Positions 59,041-63,133 of a stretch of DNA of 63,133 bases are shown piece by piece. Origin of the DNA: Planctomycetota bacterium (GTDB taxonomy: Bacteria > Planctomycetota > Phycisphaerae > UBA1845 > Fen-1342); NCBI GenBank assembly GCA_036729165.1, contig DAIMSQ010000004.1:8125-71257 (forward strand). The letters are read 5' to 3'. The notes under the pieces are model-generated. The model was given only the letters and a program-made list of their open reading frames with translations, made no database searches and was not told the DNA's origin. How positions within the stretch are numbered: position 1 is the first letter of the stretch; each line of letters begins with the position of its first letter. A program made the translations under genes and the position numbers.

Positions 59041-60618
59041 TCAGGTCGCGCGGCCGTATGTCTCGGTCATCTGCCGCAGCCGCTCGGCCAGCTTGTCGGT
59101 CAGCGCCCCCGGCTGCAGGCGCCATTCCCAGTTGCCCTTTCGCCGGCCGGGGAAGTTCACGCGGGCCTCGTTTCCAAGCCCAAGCAGGTCCTGCACGGGC
59201 ACGATCGCCAGGTCGGCCACGGACATCGAGGCAATGCGGATCAGGTCCCAGTTTATGTCGCCGCCACTCGTACCTGTGTAGCGTAGCACCCGCTCGTAGG
59301 GTGTGTCCGCAACGCGCCTACCGCTTTGGCGACGCGCCTTCTTCTTGGCCGCCGCCCGCAGATTTGTAAACCAGCCCACCGCCGTCTCGTTATCGTGCGT
59401 GCCTGGGTAGACCGCACAGTTGCGGGGATAAGAGTGCGGCTGGTGATAACGGCTGCCGGGCCCATCGTCGCCGAATGCGAATTGCAGTACCCGCATGCCC
59501 GGAAAGCCAAACTCGTCGCGCAGCGCCAGCGCCTGCGGCGTCACTGCGCCCAAATCTTCCGCGATTATCTGCACGGGCCCGAGCGCGCCGGTTACCGCTC
59601 GGAGCAGCGCCCGGCCGGGCGTGCGCGTCCAACGCCCGTGGCGGGCGGTAGCCGCCTGAGCGGGAACTTTCCACAGGCGGTGAAAACCGAGGAAGTGGTC
59701 CACGCGAACAGCGTCGAAAAATGCGAAAGCCTGGCGGAAACGAGCTACCCACCAGGCGAAGCCCGTCGCCGCGTGGCGCGGCCAGCGGTAGTGTGGGTGC
59801 CCCCAAAGCTGACCGTTGCGGTTGAAGTAATCCGGCGGCACGCCTGAGACTACCAGCGGCCGGCCCGCGCTGTCGAGGCAAAATAGCTCGCGATGCGCCC
59901 ACACGTCGGCCGAATCGAGTGCGACGAAGATCGGCATGTCGCCCAACAGGCCCACGCCGCGTTGCCGCGCGTAAGCCCGCAGCGCCGCCCACTGTTGAGC
60001 AAACTTGAATTGAACGAACTTCTCGAACGCGATTTCACGCGCCAATTCGGCCCGCGCCTTGACCACCCCCCTGCTTCGCCGCAGCCGCACCTCTTCCATC
60101 CAGTCCAACCACGCTCGCCCGCCCTGGAGGTGTCGCAGTGCGGCATAAAGGGCGTAATCCTCCAGCCAGTGCCGCTGAGAACGACAGAACTGCCGGAACG
60201 CGCACTGGTCCGTCGCCGCAGCAGAAAAACGCTCAAAAGCCCAGCGCAGCCGTTCCATCCGATAACGCCACACGGCCGGATACACACCGCGGTTAGCGCT
60301 GAACTCGGGCGCAGGCGCCAATTCCCGCCGCTCCAGCAGGCCCTCGTTCGCCAGCAGCTCCAGGCTGACCAGCAGCGGATTGCCTGCAAAGGCCGAGTGG
60401 GCGCTATATGGCGAGTTACCCCGCCCTGGTGGGCCGATAGGCAGCATCTGCCACCAACGCTGCTTGGCGCTCGCCAGAAAATCGACCAGTTCGCGGGCCG
60501 GGCGTCCGAGATCGCCGCAGCCATGTGGGCCGGGCAGCGAAAGCGGGTGCACCAGCACGCCCGCAGCGCGCTGCTTCAGCGAGAAACCGGTTCGTTTGCC
60601 GGAGCGTGCCATCGCCAT
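59041..60618 (-). CDS. malQ: 4-alpha-glucanotransferase (GH77 amylomaltase)
   Basis: 525-aa ORF. GDMPIFVALDSADVW, VRVDHFLGF, IAEDLG and GTHDN motifs. Confidence 0.9.
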   Translation of the reverse strand: MAMARSGKRTGFSLKQRAAGVLVHPLSLPGPHGCGDLGRPARELVDFLASAKQRWWQMLPIGPPGRGNSPYSAHSAFAGNPLLVSLELLANEGLLERRELAPAPEFSANRGVYPAVWRYRMERLRWAFERFSAAATDQCAFRQFCRSQRHWLEDYALYAALRHLQGGRAWLDWMEEVRLRRSRGVVKARAELAREIAFEKFVQFKFAQQWAALRAYARQRGVGLLGDMPIFVALDSADVWAHRELFCLDSAGRPLVVSGVPPDYFNRNGQLWGHPHYRWPRHAATGFAWWVARFRQAFAFFDAVRVDHFLGFHRLWKVPAQAATARHGRWTRTPGRALLRAVTGALGPVQIIAEDLGAVTPQALALRDEFGFPGMRVLQFAFGDDGPGSRYHQPHSYPRNCAVYPGTHDNETAVGWFTNLRAAAKKKARRQSGRRVADTPYERVLRYTGTSGGDINWDLIRIASMSVADLAIVPVQDLLGLGNEARVNFPGRRKGNWEWRLQPGALTDKLAERLRQMTETYGRAT

Positions 60619-60788
60619 AGTGTAACTGCAAATGGGCGGAGCTGGGCAGATCAGGCTGTCTTATCGCCCGCGCGGGCCTGGTATGCGCAAAGGCGCATGC
60701 AGAAGCCCCTTTAACTCGCCGAAGAAGAGGTGCGCACCGGGCTGTTCCCGGAGCGCAAGATACGGCGCGATCCATGAATTTTTTGGGA

Positions 60789-60820
60789 CCCAGCCGACCG
60801 ATTCCAATCGGTCGGCTGGG
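60789..60820. promoter_or_regulatory. 32-nt perfect palindrome in the divergent malQ / response-regulator promoter region
   Basis: CCCAGCCGACCGATT-CC-AATCGGTCGGCTGGG. Confidence 0.5.
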
Positions 60821-60923
60821 CCGCACGCGGGCCCGTTGCAACAACCAGGCTGCCGTCGCGCAGCCATAAAACTGCGACGCGCGCCAGCCAGGCCCGGGGC
60901 GGGATCAGATCAGAGGGATAGGC

Positions 60924-62054
60924 ATGGATTCGCAACAAAAGCTGCGGATCAACAGTGCTGACATAAAACGCATTCTCGACACGCTCGACGCACACGAAAA
61001 GTACACTGAAGGCGGCAAGCAGAGCAATCCGCCGCGCTACCCCTACCGAGTCCCCGCGCTAAACGTCCACCTGCAGCAGAGCGACGGCGAAATGGTGCGC
61101 CACGTTTTGCCAAGCCGCAGTCTCGGCCCGGATGGCATATCCTTCCTGCTCAACAAATTCATGTATCCGCAAACGCCTTGCCGCTTTGACTTGATCACGA
61201 CCCATAACAATTGGCATTCGGTCACCGGGTTCCTCACTGACTGCAACTACATTCACGGAACCGGCGGCGTATACGACGCCCATGCCCGCTTCACCCAGCC
61301 CATCGATATTGCGCTCTTTACCGCCGCAGCCCTGCGCGTCCGAGTGCTGCTGGTGGATGACAGTCCCACGGCCCGCGGTCTGCTGGCTCAGATGCTCCGC
61401 GGCTGCAACGCTGAGGTCGTAGCCTGCGACAACGGGCAGCAGGCGCTCGACCTGGCGACGACAGCGCCGTTCGATGCCGTCCTGATGGACATCGAAATGC
61501 CGGTGCTCAATGGTTACGAGGCAACGCGCCAACTGCGGGCCAGGAATTTCGTCCAGCCGATCGTGGCCGTGACCGGCCTCAACTCCGCCGAGGACCGCCA
61601 GCGCTGCTTCGAGGCCGGCTGCGACGAATATCTGCCCAAACCCGCCGACCGCAACGCCATCGCTGAACTTGTCAATCGCCTGCGGCCCGAGCCGCTAATG
61701 ACGACGTTGGACCTGGGAAATCCTGAGCTGGCTCTGCTGATCGACCAGTACGTGGCCGAGATCCAGGAGCGCGCCGTGCAAATGCAGAGCTGCTTCACGC
61801 AAGGGGATTTGGCGGGCCTTACCCACCACCTGCGAAACCTCAGGTGCGAGGCGCCCGGTTTCGGGTTCGAGCCGATCGGACGCGCTGCCGCCGAACTCGA
61901 GGACCAGATCGCACAAGGCGCGCCGCCCGCTGACATCGCCCTCAAGCTCGGACGCTTGGCGCGGCTGTGTTGCGCGGTTCGGCCGCTTGCCATGCAACCC
62001 ACCGAGCCGCCGCCAGCGCCGCCCGGCGCCGTTCGCATCGCCATTCAGGCCTGA
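60924..62054 (+). CDS. hybrid response regulator: PilZ-like N-terminal domain + receiver + HPt domain
   Basis: 376-aa ORF. RYPYR ...SLGPDGISF (degenerate PilZ motifs). REC (VLLVDDSP...DAVLMDIEMP...KP). C-terminal HPt-like HHLRNLRCEAPGFGF. Confidence 0.7.
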   Translation: MDSQQKLRINSADIKRILDTLDAHEKYTEGGKQSNPPRYPYRVPALNVHLQQSDGEMVRHVLPSRSLGPDGISFLLNKFMYPQTPCRFDLITTHNNWHSVTGFLTDCNYIHGTGGVYDAHARFTQPIDIALFTAAALRVRVLLVDDSPTARGLLAQMLRGCNAEVVACDNGQQALDLATTAPFDAVLMDIEMPVLNGYEATRQLRARNFVQPIVAVTGLNSAEDRQRCFEAGCDEYLPKPADRNAIAELVNRLRPEPLMTTLDLGNPELALLIDQYVAEIQERAVQMQSCFTQGDLAGLTHHLRNLRCEAPGFGFEPIGRAAAELEDQIAQGAPPADIALKLGRLARLCCAVRPLAMQPTEPPPAPPGAVRIAIQA

Positions 62055-62540
62055 GATTGCGTGACCGCCCGCAAATTGAAAGGGGCAGAGCCCACCGCCT
62101 GGGTTCTCGCTCAGCGTGTGGGCCTTCTTCTCCGGTGCGGGCCCCCCTTTTCACCGAAAGTGGCGAGCTGCGCAAAGGCGCAATCAGCCCGGACGACAAT
62201 TCCACCGATTAACCTGCTGTGGCGTTGAGCAGGCGACCTGACCGGTCGTAGCGGCTGCCACGCGACGTAGTCTTTCCAGTCTCCTGTAAATCGTTCTTCT
62301 GCCCAAGCGCGGCGCTGGCTGTGCCCGGCCAGCGCCGCGGTCCTCTTTGCCTGAGGATCACGGAGCGGGTCGAACGAGGGCAGCCGGGCAGTTCCGCGGG
62401 CTCGACGTCAATTGCTACGTTTCCTGGTATAATCCCGATGTGGCGGCGCATGGCGCTTTGCAGGCTGGAGCCGGCGGCGTTTGGCTGCCGGACCGGCTGG
62501 GCCACTTGCCGTGCGCGCCGGCGATCTTTGACAAGTGCAT

Positions 62541-62929
62541 GGGGGCGAATGGTCTCGACCGGGCAGGTTGAGGTCTGGGTGGCGTGTCGAGGTTGCTAGG
62601 AGGCCTCGTAAAACACCTGGCACACTCTTTACATGCCAGAGATGGCTACCGAATGGCTGCCTAAGTAAGGCAACCCGTCGGCCCCGCGACGCCTGCTAGC
62701 GGGTGCCGGCGCCATTAGCAGGCTGGCTCGTGCGGCTTGGTTGGGGACTGGTTCAACCGGTCAGCAATCGGGAATGCCTGGCGACGCACGGGCGACACTA
62801 AGCCGGGCTCGGTCCGCCGATGAGCTGTCGGCCGGTCTGCGGCGGACTCAGATTTAAATTGACCGAACACACACGTAGAGGCTCAGGCTGAAGTGTTCCG
62901 GGACGCGGGTTCGATTCCCGCCGCCTCCA
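62541..62929 (+). ncRNA. ssrA: tmRNA (SsrA), CCA not encoded
   Basis: 5' GGGGGCGAATGGTCTCGAC pairs with 3' ...GGGTTCGATTCCCGCCGCCTCCA. The acceptor stem GGGGGCG/CGCCTCC has G3:U, the Ala identity pair. T-arm GGTTCGATTCC. The tag frame ends ...ARDGYRMAA-TAA (stop 62662-62664). Confidence 0.85.
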
Positions 62930-62932
62930 TTC

Positions 62933-62953
62933 GACGAGTCCTCGCGACTCGTC
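62933..62953 (+). terminator. hairpin immediately after tmRNA
   Basis: GACGAGTC-CTCGC-GACTCGTC, an 8-bp stem. Confidence 0.55.
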
Positions 62954-63133
62954 TCTGGCCCAAACAAGGCCCGTTGCCCATCAGCAGCGGGCCTTGTGCG
63001 TTTCGGCCAGTAAACAAAGGGGTTTCGCCACTTCGCCGCCGGCCCGCGCCGCCAAACCACGTGACGGGGTAGCGCCCGAAAAGGCAGTTTCGGGGGCCGA
63101 GATCGTCTCAGAGTCTCTGAATCGCGTGACGGG

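Noticed and set aside
62209-62505. 98-aa minus-strand ORF and 92-aa plus-strand ORF (62321-62599) next to or over the tmRNA 5' region.
   Set aside because: Their composition is Arg/Gly/Pro-rich with no SD. The plus-strand ORF runs into the tmRNA acceptor stem. They are most likely non-coding.
62930-63133. A genomic island or integrase directly downstream of tmRNA.
   Set aside because: Only ~200 nt of sequence remain. They contain hairpins but no recognisable integrase fragment or repeat of the tmRNA 3' end, so this cannot be assessed from the window.

Overview
This is a GC-rich bacterial chromosomal segment. The ECF sigma plus Ser/Thr-kinase-WD40 pair, a giant CNxNGxPDxCD/dockerin surface protein, groEL-groES-groEL and a tricorn-like protease suggest Planctomycetota; that assignment is inference only. 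Most of the window is housekeeping. It holds rpmF-plsX-fabH-fabD-fabG, with acpP-fabF about 20 kb away. It also holds xylulokinase, an NfnAB-like oxidoreductase pair, pepD, clpS, two groEL genes plus groES, dnaJ-grpE, malQ, an MsbA-like ABC exporter, response regulators and a tmRNA gene at the right edge. Many long ORFs in the six-frame track are antisense shadow ORFs typical of high-GC DNA and are not called. Five signals stand out:

1. Four tandem Shine-Dalgarno-led 24-28 codon ORFs (37812-38394) encode Trp-rich single-TM micropeptides. Each is followed by a hairpin, and all fall below the ORF-track length cutoff.
2. A tight minus-strand operon of four secreted-protein genes (29563-36329) has each signal peptide in one frame and the protein body in the -1 frame. 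It includes two tandem paralogues that share a 337-bp near-identical block.
3. A SelW/Rdx-family selenoprotein gene (1121-1348, minus) has an in-frame TGA in a CxxU motif and a SECIS-like hairpin.
4. A decayed M20 amidohydrolase pseudogene lies at 12467-13130.
5. Several unexplained regulatory or repeat elements are present. These are a sigma-54-like box before groEL1, an AT-rich repeat block before groEL2, octamer tandem repeats, paired hairpin repeats flanking fabG, and a 32-nt palindrome.

No CRISPR array, transposase, integrase or tRNA gene was recognised.
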